Positions 11,246 through 21,108 of a DNA stretch of 64,000 nt are shown here, piece by piece. This stretch comes from Bryobacterales bacterium (GTDB taxonomy: Bacteria > Acidobacteriota > Terriglobia > Bryobacterales > Bryobacteraceae), in contig CAWFPJ010000002.1 of NCBI GenBank assembly GCA_963817515.1, positions 39,454 to 103,453 on the forward strand, in the 5' to 3' direction. The notes below the pieces were generated by a model that did no database searches, was not told where the DNA came from, and saw nothing but the letters and a program-made list of their open reading frames with translations. Position 1 is the first letter of the stretch. Each line of letters starts with the position of its first letter. The position numbers and the translations under genes were made by a program.

Positions 11246-13267
11246 CTAGTTCACGTAAACGAAGGAATTGAGATTCAAGAGCATCAGCGCCAGCCCGCGC
11301 TTCGGCTCGGTTTTCAGGAAGCCCATCGCCACCTGAATTTCTTTGGAATTCGCGGGCCGCCCGGCGACCAACTGGTAGCCAAGGTCGATCTGTTTTCGAA
11401 CATCGGGTCCGGCTTCAACTTCCAGACGTTTGGCAAATGCGTCGGCCTCGGTATTGGTCAGGTCGCCATTCAGCATCTCCAGGGCCTGCGGAGCGTGCGT
11501 GCTGGATTCGCGCCGCGCGCAACTTGTGGAACCGTCCGGAGCGTCGAACACCTGCATGAAAGGCAACTGGAGGTTTCGCTTGACCAGGAGATAGACGCCG
11601 CGCCGGGTATACTCCGAAGCATCTTTTGCCGGGACCCATTGGGAAGGCTTATAGAGTGTGTTCACCAGGCCCTGATCGATGGGAATCATGACGCTGGGCC
11701 CACCGGCCTTGGGATTCAATTGGCCGGATACGGAAAGAATGGCATCGCGCAGTTCCTCTGCCTGCAGCCGCCGCCGGTTGAATCGCCACAACAATTTATT
11801 GTCAGGATCATTGTCGGCGATGAGCGCCTCGCGGGCCTGATCTATGGACGGGGCGGAAGACTGCTGATACGTGCTGCTATTCAAAATCAGCCGGTGTAGC
11901 TGCTTCACGCTGAATCCCCCGGCCACGAATTGGTTCGCGAGATAGTCAAGCAACTCGGGGTGCGTGGGACGGCTGCCCATTCTGCCGAAATCATTGGGCG
12001 TGTCCACGATGCCGCGTCCGAAATGATTCTCCCAGATCCGGTTGACCATGACACGGGCGGTGAGGGGATTGTCGGGATCCACAATCCACCGGGCCAACTC
12101 CGTCCGCGGATTCTTTGTACCCTCCGCCAGTTCGGGCGTACCGGGCGGCAGCAAAACGCCGAGCGGCCGCATGCCCACGCGGTCCAATTTGGCGGTGTAT
12201 TCGCCGCGGCCCAGGATATGAGTCTCGGCCTTTTCATCCTTGTCGATGACCGTGTGGATTGAGGGTATGGGCGGAGGCAGTTTCTCCTGCAATTCCTCGA
12301 GCTGCTTGGTCAATGCCGCTCGTTTATCGGCCGATTCGGGATCTTTACTTCCGCGCAACGCCATCATCTGCGCGCGCAGCGTTTTGATTTCGTTGTTAAT
12401 CGGAGCGGCCTTCTCTTTCCATGCGGCTTCCTCCTCCGGGGTGGCTTTGGCTACGTCGTGTTCGTAGGTCGAGCCGAAGAATGCCTGCAGCCGGTAGTAG
12501 TCGCTTTGGCGAATGGGATCGAATTTGTGGTCGTGACAGCGCGCGCAACCCACCGTTACCCCCAGGAAGGCGGCTCCGACCACGTTGGTCATTTCGGTCA
12601 GGACCTCATTGCGGCTGCTGGCAACTTCCTGATTGCCCGCATTCTTGCGAAGAGGGCCGAGCCGGTTGAACCCGCTCGCGATCAGCGTCTCGTCTTCTTT
12701 GGGTGCGATCTCGTCGCCGGCAATCTGCTCCATAACGAAGCGGTCGTACGGCTTGTCATTGTTGAAGGCGCGGATCACATAGTCGCGATACCGCCAGGCG
12801 TCGCTGCGCATCGTATCGTACTCATAGCCGTCGGTCTCCGCAAAGCGCACAACGTCCAGCCAGTGCTGGCCCCAGCGTTCGCCGTATTGCGGGCTTTTCA
12901 GCAGTCTTTCCACCACCTTCGAAACTGCATCGGGAGATTTGTCGGCGGCGAATTCCGCCACCTCAGACGGCGTAGGCGGCAATCCAACCATGTCGAAATA
13001 AAGCCTGCGCAGCAAGGTTGGCCGGTCAGCCGGCGGCGAAGGTTGCAGCCCTGCCTTCTTCAGCTTATCCAGGATGAATGCGTCGACGGGAGTTTTCACC
13101 CAAGCCTGGTCAACCGGCGCCGTGAACGACGGGACGGCTGGAGCGGACCGCTTCAGAAAGGCCCATTGCTTGCGATCGGTTTCCGAGTAGGTGCCGAGAG
13201 GCGCCACCACATCCGACGCCAAGGCAAACGACACCAGCGCCACCGCGGGCACGAATCGTTTCAGCAT
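11246..13267 (-). CDS. DUF1549/DUF1553 (PSCyt2/PSD1) domain-containing protein
   Basis: Signal peptide, the hallmark CARCHDHKFDPIRQSDYYRLQAFF motif, and a C-terminal DUF1553-like region (FDAPDGSTSCARRESSTHAPQAL). A 12-nt gap separates it from the DUF1501 gene. Confidence 0.85.
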   Translation of the reverse strand: MLKRFVPAVALVSFALASDVVAPLGTYSETDRKQWAFLKRSAPAVPSFTAPVDQAWVKTPVDAFILDKLKKAGLQPSPPADRPTLLRRLYFDMVGLPPTPSEVAEFAADKSPDAVSKVVERLLKSPQYGERWGQHWLDVVRFAETDGYEYDTMRSDAWRYRDYVIRAFNNDKPYDRFVMEQIAGDEIAPKEDETLIASGFNRLGPLRKNAGNQEVASSRNEVLTEMTNVVGAAFLGVTVGCARCHDHKFDPIRQSDYYRLQAFFGSTYEHDVAKATPEEEAAWKEKAAPINNEIKTLRAQMMALRGSKDPESADKRAALTKQLEELQEKLPPPIPSIHTVIDKDEKAETHILGRGEYTAKLDRVGMRPLGVLLPPGTPELAEGTKNPRTELARWIVDPDNPLTARVMVNRIWENHFGRGIVDTPNDFGRMGSRPTHPELLDYLANQFVAGGFSVKQLHRLILNSSTYQQSSAPSIDQAREALIADNDPDNKLLWRFNRRRLQAEELRDAILSVSGQLNPKAGGPSVMIPIDQGLVNTLYKPSQWVPAKDASEYTRRGVYLLVKRNLQLPFMQVFDAPDGSTSCARRESSTHAPQALEMLNGDLTNTEADAFAKRLEVEAGPDVRKQIDLGYQLVAGRPANSKEIQVAMGFLKTEPKRGLALMLLNLNSFVYVN

Positions 13268-13392
13268 TCCCGGCCTCCAGTTTGAATAGCTTCAATATGA
13301 ATTGTACACCTCTGCCATGAGCCACTCAATCGCCGGAAGCCGGCGAGGTCGCGAACGAGCCGGGTGGAAGATCCGTGTAAGATGAAGATCGA

Positions 13393-13902
13393 ATGATGGA
13401 GGCGATCGGGGGAGCTTGCTTGCGGATGGCGACAATCGTTCTGGCTTTGTGTCTGCCTCTGACAGCTCAGGACGAACTGCCGCAAGGCAAGGGAAAAGAA
13501 ACCCTTGAGAATACTTGCACGGAATGCCACGGGTTAGACAAGGTTCTGAGCCAGTTGCGTTCCAGGGAGCGCTGGCGAGCCATCGCCGTCGCGATGAGGT
13601 CCAAGGGAGCCACGATGAGCGATTCGGAGCTCGACATTCTTGTGGGCTACCTGTTCGAGTATTTTGGCACGGTCGAGACCTCCGAAGCGGCACCCAAGGC
13701 CGCCGAAAGGCCGAAGATCAATGTGAACAAAGCGGCGGCGAAGGAGTTGGCCGGTGTGCTGGAGCTCACATCGGGCGAAGCCGCTGCGATTGTTCGTTTT
13801 CGGGAGGCGAACGGACCGTTCAAGGAATGGCGCGACCTTACGAGAGTGGACGGAGTTGATAAGGCCAAGATCGAAGCGAGAAAAGATCAGCTCACGTTCT
13901 AG
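13393..13902 (+). CDS. Secreted c-type cytochrome domain fused to a ComEA-like helix-hairpin-helix domain
   Basis: Signal peptide MATIVLALCLPLTAQ. A single CTECH haem site followed by RSRERWRAIAVAMRSKGATMSDSELDILVGYL. The C-terminal INVNKAAAKELAGVLELTSGEAAAIVRFREANGPFKEWRDLTRVDGVDKAKIE matches the ComEA HhH pattern. Confidence 0.65.
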   Translation: MMEAIGGACLRMATIVLALCLPLTAQDELPQGKGKETLENTCTECHGLDKVLSQLRSRERWRAIAVAMRSKGATMSDSELDILVGYLFEYFGTVETSEAAPKAAERPKINVNKAAAKELAGVLELTSGEAAAIVRFREANGPFKEWRDLTRVDGVDKAKIEARKDQLTF

Positions 13903-13923
13903 CGCGCCCCGTAGGCGAGGACT

Positions 13924-14388
13924 CTACGCCAGCGCCCTGGCTTCGGAAGCACTGACGGCTTCCGGCGCCGCTCCGATCAATTCGTCTACCCTGAGCAGCA
14001 GGTCCAGCGCCGAAAAGGGCTTCATAAGGATTCGTACCGAATTTGAAGGCATTTCGCGAAGCCGGGAGGCGTCCCAAGCGCTCCACTCGGTTAAGGGAGC
14101 GCCCGATATAAAGAGAAGTTTCAGCGTGGGTGCGGCCGCCTGCAGACGGAGGCAGACCTTCACGCCGCTATCGTCCTCAAGTGTGACGTCCGAGATCAAG
14201 AGATCTATGTCACTGCTTTCCTGTTGAAACTGTTCCGCGGCCGACTCAACCGATCGACACTGCAAGACCGTGTAACCGCTGCTTGTCAGATACGTCGTTA
14301 GTCCGCTAAGCTGGCACCGTTCATCGTGCTCATCGTCAAGTATGAGGATTCTGGCGGGATTGTTCTCACTACGGGGCGGCTTCTTCAT
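13924..14388 (-). CDS. Stand-alone response-regulator receiver (CheY-like) protein
   Basis: ILILDDEHDERCQL...DIDLLISDVTLEDDSGVKVCLRL...LKLLFISGAP has the acidic pocket and phospho-acceptor Asp layout. No output domain. Confidence 0.7.
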   Translation of the reverse strand: MKKPPRSENNPARILILDDEHDERCQLSGLTTYLTSSGYTVLQCRSVESAAEQFQQESSDIDLLISDVTLEDDSGVKVCLRLQAAAPTLKLLFISGAPLTEWSAWDASRLREMPSNSVRILMKPFSALDLLLRVDELIGAAPEAVSASEARALA

Positions 14389-14484
14389 GGCGGTATCCTT
14401 TCGACACTAAACTCTCCACTCAGGTCCCTGAGCGGGAAAGAGGTCAAGAAAATGTTTCCGGTCATCGCTGATCCGGCGATCAGT

Positions 14485-14793
14485 TCAGAATCCGGGCTTC
14501 CGCACGAGAAACAGCCCGCCCACGTTCATGTTCTGCCTTTCGGTTCTCTCGTAGACTTCCCGGCGCGCCCGGAATAAATCCTCCTCGGGCGATCCGTTCC
14601 GGAACCTTCTTGCCCGCCAGAACTCAAAGGCCAGTTCGGCGATTTCAATTTGTATCTGCCAGTCTGAAATAACAATAGGAGCGGATCCATTACCCGAGTT
14701 GGAGTCGGACATTCCCGTAATCTTCGTCTTTTGTGTCAGGAACTTGGGCGCGCCAATCATATTCAATCGGTTCCTCTTATAGGCGGCTGCCAT
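14485..14793 (-). CDS. DUF2934-like small protein
   Basis: IEIAELAFEFWRARRFRNGSPEEDLFRARREV resembles the DUF2934 motif. The start is uncertain; ATG 14712 (MSDSNSG...) is an alternative. Confidence 0.45.
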   Translation of the reverse strand: MAAAYKRNRLNMIGAPKFLTQKTKITGMSDSNSGNGSAPIVISDWQIQIEIAELAFEFWRARRFRNGSPEEDLFRARREVYERTERQNMNVGGLFLVRKPGF

Positions 14794-15034
14794 TCAATTG
14801 AGCATCGTGTCTCATCATGATAGTGCGATATGAATTCCCGAACTGCTCAATATTGCTCACATTTAATATTTCTCGCTACGCGTCGATCGTCGCGGACCAA
14901 GGCGGCGGCGCAAGGCGGCGCGGGAACGGCGGGGCGGGCTGGAGCGGTGCCGGGCGAGTATTATTCGACAGTCATAGGCGAAGGGCGATAGGCTAGCATA
15001 GTCTGTATACCAACGAAAAGGAGCATTCCTCAGA

Positions 15035-15802
15035 ATGCGCGTTAATCATACCCGGGAGCGTCTCGCAAAAGGCGAGGTGGTCTACGGTTGCGGATTGCAG
15101 GTTTACCGGTCCAGTGAAATTCCTCGGGCCTTAGCCGCGGCAGGCTTCGACTACGCCTTTATCGATATGGAGCACGGCTCTTACAATCTGGAGACCGTGC
15201 ACGATATGATCATAGCCTCGAACCTGGCCGGGATCACCCCTATTGTGCGAGTGGGGGAAGTGCAGTACACGCTGTGTGCGCGGCTGCTGGACCAGGGAGC
15301 GCAGGGCATCATTCTGCCGCGCGTGGAAGATCCCAGGGTTCTAGAAGAAGCGCTGAGCTGGCTGCGGTTTCCCCCCGCCGGCAAGCGTGGGTTTGGCGTC
15401 AACGCCACCATGATCGATTATGAAACGCGCAGTTTCCCCGAAATCATCGAGCACCAGAACCTCAATACCCTGGGGGTGGTGCAATTTGAATCCGTGACGG
15501 CGCTCGAGCGCGCCGATGAACTGCTCTCGATGAAGGGCGTGGACGTGATTATGGTGGGTCCGGCGGACCTTTCGATTTCTCTGGGCATCCCAGGCCAGTT
15601 CGAACACCCGCTGATGATCGAATCCATCGGCAAGCTGATTGAGAAGTGCAACCAGCATCACGTGGTTCCGGGCATCCAGACGCGCAACGTGGCGATGGCG
15701 AGGCAGTGGGTGGAGCGCGGCATGCGCTTCGTGGGCCTGGCGGCGGAACATGTGCTGCTGCTGGAGAAGGCGCGAGAGACGGTGGCGGCGTTGCGAAAAT
15801 AG
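15035..15802 (+). CDS. HpcH/HpaI family aldolase (2-keto-3-deoxy-sugar-acid aldolase type)
   Basis: AAGGAG lies upstream. GFDYAFIDMEHGSYNLE, IVRVGE, GAQGIILPRVE, VQFESVTALERADELLSMKGVDVIMVGPADLSISLG are typical of the family. Confidence 0.8.
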   Translation: MRVNHTRERLAKGEVVYGCGLQVYRSSEIPRALAAAGFDYAFIDMEHGSYNLETVHDMIIASNLAGITPIVRVGEVQYTLCARLLDQGAQGIILPRVEDPRVLEEALSWLRFPPAGKRGFGVNATMIDYETRSFPEIIEHQNLNTLGVVQFESVTALERADELLSMKGVDVIMVGPADLSISLGIPGQFEHPLMIESIGKLIEKCNQHHVVPGIQTRNVAMARQWVERGMRFVGLAAEHVLLLEKARETVAALRK

Positions 15803-15848
15803 GTAGCGCCGGTGGTCGTGCCACCGGTGTCTTGCGGTAGGAGGACAC

Positions 15849-16856
15849 ATGGATCGGTTCCCTCTCGGGTTCAATACGTATTCGGTTCGGGCCATGCGCT
15901 GGCACGATGTGAAACTGCTGGAGTATGGGGCGAGCCTGAAGCTGGACGCGGTCTATCTGCAGGATTCACTCGACCCGGCGAACAACGATCCGGCCCACTG
16001 GAAGGAACTCAAGGAGACCGCCGCACGGCTCGGGCTTGAGCTGCACGGCGGCGATGCCGGAGCGCTGCCCCGGACTGCGGACGGAATGGACGCGACATTC
16101 AAGCGAATGCGCGACGGAATCCGGCACGCGGTGGGCATCGGGTCCAGGCTGGTGCGCTTCCGCGTGGCTGGCGACCGCGCCAGTATGCCGCCGGGCCCGG
16201 TGGAAAAGACCATGGAAACCATGATTCAGGTGCTGCGCACGGTACGCACCGAAGCCATGGATGCCGGCGTGAAATTTGCGATTGAGAATCATAAGGATTT
16301 GTATTGCTGGCAGACGCGGCAGGTGATCGATGGGGCGGGCAAAGAGTTCGTCGGCTCATATCTCGATACCGGCAATCCGGTCTTCGTGATGGAAGATCCG
16401 CTGGCCACGGTGGAAACGCTGGGGCCGGTGGCGGTGATGCTGCATCTGCGCGATTCGGTGGTTTATGAATCGCACAACGGTATCGCCGTGCAGTGGGTGC
16501 CGCTGGGCGAGGGTGTGGTGGATTTCAAAAAGATCATCGCCAAAGCCAAAGAAGTCTGTCCGCCAATCTCGGTCTACAACAAGCCCATCACCGGCCGCCC
16601 GCCGCAGCTTCTGGCGATTTACGACCCGGAGTTCATGAAGACCTGGAGGGACATGAGGGGCGCGGACCTGGCGCGATTCATAGCTCTGGCGAAGCGGGGG
16701 CACCCTTACGAGAATCACATGGTGATTGAAGATGTGCCGGGGAAGATGGCGGAGCCGATTGCCGCGGCCTTGCAGTACCAGCAGACGGACCACATGGTGC
16801 GCGGGGTGGAGTATGCGCGCCAGGCGCTCGATCTCGGTGTGAAGTGGAGAGCCTGA
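15849..16856 (+). CDS. Sugar phosphate isomerase/epimerase (xylose isomerase-like TIM barrel)
   Basis: FGFNTYSVR..., FAIENHKDL and the LDTGNP... metal-ligand pattern. Co-directional with the aldolase. Confidence 0.65.
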   Translation: MDRFPLGFNTYSVRAMRWHDVKLLEYGASLKLDAVYLQDSLDPANNDPAHWKELKETAARLGLELHGGDAGALPRTADGMDATFKRMRDGIRHAVGIGSRLVRFRVAGDRASMPPGPVEKTMETMIQVLRTVRTEAMDAGVKFAIENHKDLYCWQTRQVIDGAGKEFVGSYLDTGNPVFVMEDPLATVETLGPVAVMLHLRDSVVYESHNGIAVQWVPLGEGVVDFKKIIAKAKEVCPPISVYNKPITGRPPQLLAIYDPEFMKTWRDMRGADLARFIALAKRGHPYENHMVIEDVPGKMAEPIAAALQYQQTDHMVRGVEYARQALDLGVKWRA

Positions 16857-18383
16857 TACCAACTGCCGTGCTGGGTGCCGGCGGGAGCCCGCAGCAGATC
16901 CGCGAGGTGGTTGAGGCATTCATCAAGCAGGCAAAATTACCCGCCCTCCTTGAACCCGGCGAGGAATTGCTGCAACTCACGGAAGATAATTTTTCGCTCG
17001 AAATCCGCGGTTCGCGGCTCACGCTGCAGGCCTGGGACCGCACGCGCAACGTGACGCGGCGCATTTTGGCGGTTCGGGAACCGGCGCTCGCCCGCTTGGA
17101 AATGACGGTGGAGAGATTCGCGCGGCGCGAAGGAAAGCTCTTCCTGCTGGATCTGGCCCGGAGCTCTGGGGCCGAATTGGGGCGGCGGAGCGGACGACTG
17201 ATTTTCCGGGAACGATTCCGGCTGTTTCTGCGGCGCCAGTTTCCCGAATGGAAGCTGGCGGAGATCAGCGCGGAAGCCAATCTGGAATTCAGCCTCTCAC
17301 CGGCCTTCCCACGGGCATTTCTGCGTCATGGGCAGCACGGTTGGGCGGCCATCGCCTGCCCGCCGGAAGGCGATGCGGCGGCAGTCCTGTCCTTCGGCTT
17401 GATCTGGCTTTCTTACGTGCGCACGCGCGAACGGCGTGTGGCGCTGGAGGGCCTGGCGATTTATGTTCCGGCGGGGCGTGAGCGTGCCGCGGCGCTGCGG
17501 CTGCTTTCACTTGACGCCGCCACCGCGCGCTTCGAGCTGTTCACGTACTCCGAGCAGGATCTGGTGGCGCGTATCGATCCGCAAGACCATGGCAACCTGG
17601 ACACGCGCCTGGAGCCCTGCCGGGGCGTGGAGCCCAACCATGCCTTGCCGACCAACCCGGGCGAGTGGTGGCAGAGGCATCCTGCGGCTGCCCGGGGTGG
17701 AGAGCATTCAGAAGAGCGACGGGCGAGCCAGCCTGCGGGTTCACGGAATGGAATTCGGCGTACTGTCGGGCGGGGAACTGCGGTTCGGCCTGGGTGAGCG
17801 GCGGCCGGCGCAGGAGCATCACCGCGGCGAAATCGAACGCCTGGTGGAAGAAATCGAGCGGGCGCGATCTCCCGAAAGCCAGGACCGCGACCACCCGCTT
17901 TACCGCAAATATCCCGAGGCGTGGCTGGAATCGCAGGCGCGATTGCAGATTGAGACGCTCGATGCGTCGCTGGTTTCGGAGCCGGTTTACGGGCAGGTGC
18001 CTGCCTTCGCGGGCGGAGAGCGCGGCATTCTGGACCTGCTGGCCGTGGAGCGCGGCGGCCGGCTGGTGGTCATCGAATTGAAAGCTTCGACGGATCTGCA
18101 CTTGCCGCTGCAGGCCCTGGATTATTGGATTCGTGTGAAATGGCACCTGGACCGCGGCGAGTTCGCGGCCAACGGATACTTTCCGGGCGTGGTTCTGCGG
18201 CCTGAACCGCCGCGCTTGCTGCTGGTCTCGCCCTCGCTCGAGTTTCATTCAACCACCGAGACCGTTCTGAGCTATTTCTCACCGGCGATCGAAGTGGAGC
18301 GCATTGGGCTGGGGGCGGATTGGCGGAAGGGGCTACATGTGATGTTTCGTCTGTCCGGTGCACACGGACCGCGGACGGAGTGA
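16844..18383 (+). pseudogene. Hypothetical protein with a C-terminal PD-(D/E)xK nuclease-like core; one apparent frameshift near 17670
   Basis: The N-terminal half is ORF 16844-17797. The C-terminal half is in the frame of ORF 17436-18383. GILDLLAVERGGRLVVIELKASTDLHLPLQALDYW gives a D...E-x-K layout. GTG start at 16844 overlaps the upstream stop. Confidence 0.5.
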
Positions 18384-18453
18384 ACAAAAATCGGGGCAGC
18401 GAAGAGACCCGGCGGTAAAATAGTGATCAGGGGAATCAGCCCGGCCGACTCTT

Positions 18454-19323
18454 ATGATGCTAAACACTGTGAAACAAGCCCGAGCCGCTTTGGCACTGCT
18501 GAGCCCCGGTGATATTACACACCGTGCCACCCAGCCTGTTCATATCGGTCTGGTTGCCGACGGTAGCGCCGCATACTCGGAAATGGAGGACTTCCTGATA
18601 CCGGCCGGCGTGCCGCATGCGGTGCGCATGCAACTGATGGAGCAAGTGCACAGGTCTAGCGACCCCGGAGTGCCCCAGGATGTGGACCTGGTACTCTACG
18701 AGCCCGGCCTTCCGTGCCCGCGGGATGCTTACACGTTTCGCCGCGACGACCCGGATGCTACGATTTCTGAAATACTGAAGGACAAGGACTCTCTCGCCCT
18801 ACCCCTGGCGCGCCAGTTCCCGGTTTTCCGCAAGGCCGTTCTGGAGGACATCATTCACTCGGTAGCGCGCGAGAATGCCCTATTTGCAGTGACCACGGCT
18901 TTGCCGAATATAGTTCCGAGCCTGATCGAACTGCCGTGGGTCATAGGCGAGTTCGCGTCCGACACCATGTTTCTTACAGCCAACCAGGTTCGTATGGCCT
19001 TTCAGATTGCAGCCGCGTGCGGAAAGGATGTGGGATTCGCGAAGCAGAAGGCCGAAGTCCTTACGATTGCGGCCGGGGCGTTCGGATGGCGGGCATTGGC
19101 TCGGGAGTTGGTGTCGCATATTCCGCTGGGTGGCGGACTGATACCCAAGGGCGCGATTGCGTACGCCGGAACCTTCGTGGCCGGGAAAGGGCTGGAACTC
19201 TTGCACCAAAACAACGGGCTGCATACGCAAGACCAGCGGCGAAACTTGTTCCAGGAAGGCATAAGACGCGGGCGCGAAATTGCGGAATCGTTTCGGTTAC
19301 GCGAAAAAGCAGGCGTAAACTAA
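18454..19323 (+). CDS. Hypothetical protein, DUF697-like C-terminal region
   Basis: ALFAVTTALPNIVPSLIELPWVIGEFASDTMFLTANQVRMAFQIAAACGKDVG...IPKGAIAYAGTFVAGKGLE resembles the DUF697 pattern. Weak call. Confidence 0.35.
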   Translation: MMLNTVKQARAALALLSPGDITHRATQPVHIGLVADGSAAYSEMEDFLIPAGVPHAVRMQLMEQVHRSSDPGVPQDVDLVLYEPGLPCPRDAYTFRRDDPDATISEILKDKDSLALPLARQFPVFRKAVLEDIIHSVARENALFAVTTALPNIVPSLIELPWVIGEFASDTMFLTANQVRMAFQIAAACGKDVGFAKQKAEVLTIAAGAFGWRALARELVSHIPLGGGLIPKGAIAYAGTFVAGKGLELLHQNNGLHTQDQRRNLFQEGIRRGREIAESFRLREKAGVN

Positions 19324-19380
19324 ATCGGTTCGGGATGCGTCGTACAATTAGGGAAGAACTGTTCCCTTAGGTATGAGACT

Positions 19381-20346
19381 ATGCGCCTGATACATTTCGG
19401 AATAGCATTAGCCCTTGCCACGGCTGGATTTGCCGACACCATCGTTTTGAAAAACGGCCGTGTAATCAATGGAACATACTTAGGCGGCTCGCCTCGGCAG
19501 GTGAAGATCGAAGTTGCCGACCAGATCCAAACCTTTGAAATAAGCGACATTGCGCGGATCGATTTCAGCGGCGCGCCTTACATGCCGTCTTCGCGCACAG
19601 ATGACCGGCGCCCCACTTTGCACCGTGCGGACAATTCCGATAGCGGCGACAATCGGCCGACGCTTCACCGTGCGGACAACGCCGATAGCTCAGATAACCG
19701 GCCGACGCTGCGGCGTGCGGACAATGCCGCCCCGGCCGACGATCCAGACCGGCCGGTGCTTCGCCGAAGCGACAACACCGTTACTGAAAGCAACGTGTTC
19801 CGTCCCGATGCCAACCCGGCGCCTGCGGCCCCGCCGCGCGATCCGGTTAAGCTGCCCGCCGGGACTAATCTGGTGGTCCGGATGATCGATCCGGTGGATT
19901 CGGAAACTGCCAAGGTGGGACAAACGTTCGCGGGCAGTCTGGATGAACCGCTGCTGGTGAACGGGCAGTCGATTATTCCGCGCGGAGCCGACGTAACGAT
20001 GAAGCTGGTGGACTCCAAGGATTCGGGCAAACTGACCGGGCGCGCCGAACTCACCCTGGACCTGGTTTCCGTGAGGGTCAACGGGAAGATGGTAGACATC
20101 AACACACAGACCGTGCAGCGCGAGAGCGATTCGCGCGGACAGCGCACCGCTAAAGTTGCGGGCGGCACGGCTGCGGTAGGGGCGGTCATCGGCGCCATTG
20201 CAGGCGGCGGCAAGGGCGCTGCCATCGGCGCTGGAGCCGGAGCCGCGGCGGGTACCGGCGTTCAAGTAGTGACCAAAGGCCAGCGTGTCCAGATTCCGTC
20301 GGAGACGCGGCTGACGTTTACTACAGACACCGACGTACAAATCTGA
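19381..20346 (+). CDS. Secreted repeat protein with a C-terminal glycine-zipper segment
   Basis: Signal peptide [18 protein letters not shown]. Four 15-aa repeats of D(N/D)[12 protein letters not shown]-terminal [33 protein letters not shown]. Confidence 0.6.
   Translation: MRLIHFGIALALATAGFADTIVLKNGRVINGTYLGGSPRQVKIEVADQIQTFEISDIARIDFSGAPYMPSSRTDDRRPTLHRADNSDSGDNRPTLHRADNADSSDNRPTLRRADNAAPADDPDRPVLRRSDNTVTESNVFRPDANPAPAAPPRDPVKLPAGTNLVVRMIDPVDSETAKVGQTFAGSLDEPLLVNGQSIIPRGADVTMKLVDSKDSGKLTGRAELTLDLVSVRVNGKMVDINTQTVQRESDSRGQRTAKVAGGTAAVGAVIGAIAGGGKGAAIGAGAGAAAGTGVQVVTKGQRVQIPSETRLTFTTDTDVQI
19603..19782 (+). repeat. 4 x 45-bp in-frame tandem repeat inside CDS 19381-20346
   Basis: Units at 19603-19647, 19648-19692, 19693-19737 and 19738-19782 encode [45 protein letters not shown] and [15 protein letters not shown]. 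The last unit is the most diverged. Confidence 0.8.
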
Positions 20347-20360
20347 TCGGTGGCCCTGGC

Positions 20361-21098
20361 TTGCCTAAACCAACTGCTCTTGTCACCGGCGGCAGCCGCG
20401 GAATCGGCCGCGCCATCGCCACCGAACTGGCGCAAACTCACGATCTGATTGCCACGTATCGCGGCCGGCGCGATGCCGCCGAGTCGCTCCGCGACCAGAC
20501 AGGCTGCGAGATTTTCCAGTGCGACGTGGCCAGCCGTGAAGACCGCGCAGCGTTGATAGGCTTCGCGCGCGAGCGGTTTCAGAAGCTGGACGTGCTGGTG
20601 AACAATGCCGGGATGGGCCCGCGCGAGCGGCGCGACCTGCTGGAAACCTCCGAGGAAAGCTTCGACGAACTGATCTCGACCAATCTCAAGGGCCCTCATT
20701 TTCTGACTCAACTTGCCGCGCGCTGGATGGCGGATAGCGGGGACGGCCGCATAGTATTTGTAACGTCCATTTCGTCCTATACGGCTTCGGTGAATCGCGG
20801 CGAATATTGCATCTCAAAGGCAGGGCTGAGCATGTCGGTGGCGCTGTACGCGCAACGGCTCGCCGAAATCGGGGTGAAGGTATTCGAGATCCGCCCCGGA
20901 ATCATCCGCACCGACATGATCGCCAAGGTGGAGAAAATCTACGACGAAAAGATCGCCGCCGGATTGCTGCCGCAGCGCCGTATGGGCGAGGGCAGCGATG
21001 TCGCCAAGGCAGTGCGGGCCATTGCCGATGGATTGTTGGACTACTCCACCGGGCAGGTGCTGAACGTGGATGGCGGGTTCAGTTTGCGGAGTTTGTAG
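20361..21098 (+). CDS. SDR family oxidoreductase (3-oxoacyl-ACP reductase-like)
   Basis: TGGSRGIGRAIA dinucleotide motif, NNAG, and the YCISKAG catalytic Y-x3-K. TTG start as given by the ORF track. Confidence 0.8.
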   Translation: MPKPTALVTGGSRGIGRAIATELAQTHDLIATYRGRRDAAESLRDQTGCEIFQCDVASREDRAALIGFARERFQKLDVLVNNAGMGPRERRDLLETSEESFDELISTNLKGPHFLTQLAARWMADSGDGRIVFVTSISSYTASVNRGEYCISKAGLSMSVALYAQRLAEIGVKVFEIRPGIIRTDMIAKVEKIYDEKIAAGLLPQRRMGEGSDVAKAVRAIADGLLDYSTGQVLNVDGGFSLRSL

Positions 21099-21108
21099 GG
21101 GGGCATCA

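Noticed and set aside
16844-19323. The PD-(D/E)xK-like gene plus the DUF697-like gene read as a two-gene defence module
   Set aside because: Only a weak nuclease-like motif supports it. There is no ATPase, methylase, sensor or other defence hallmark nearby. The first gene is coupled to a sugar-metabolism operon. The evidence is insufficient to call a system.
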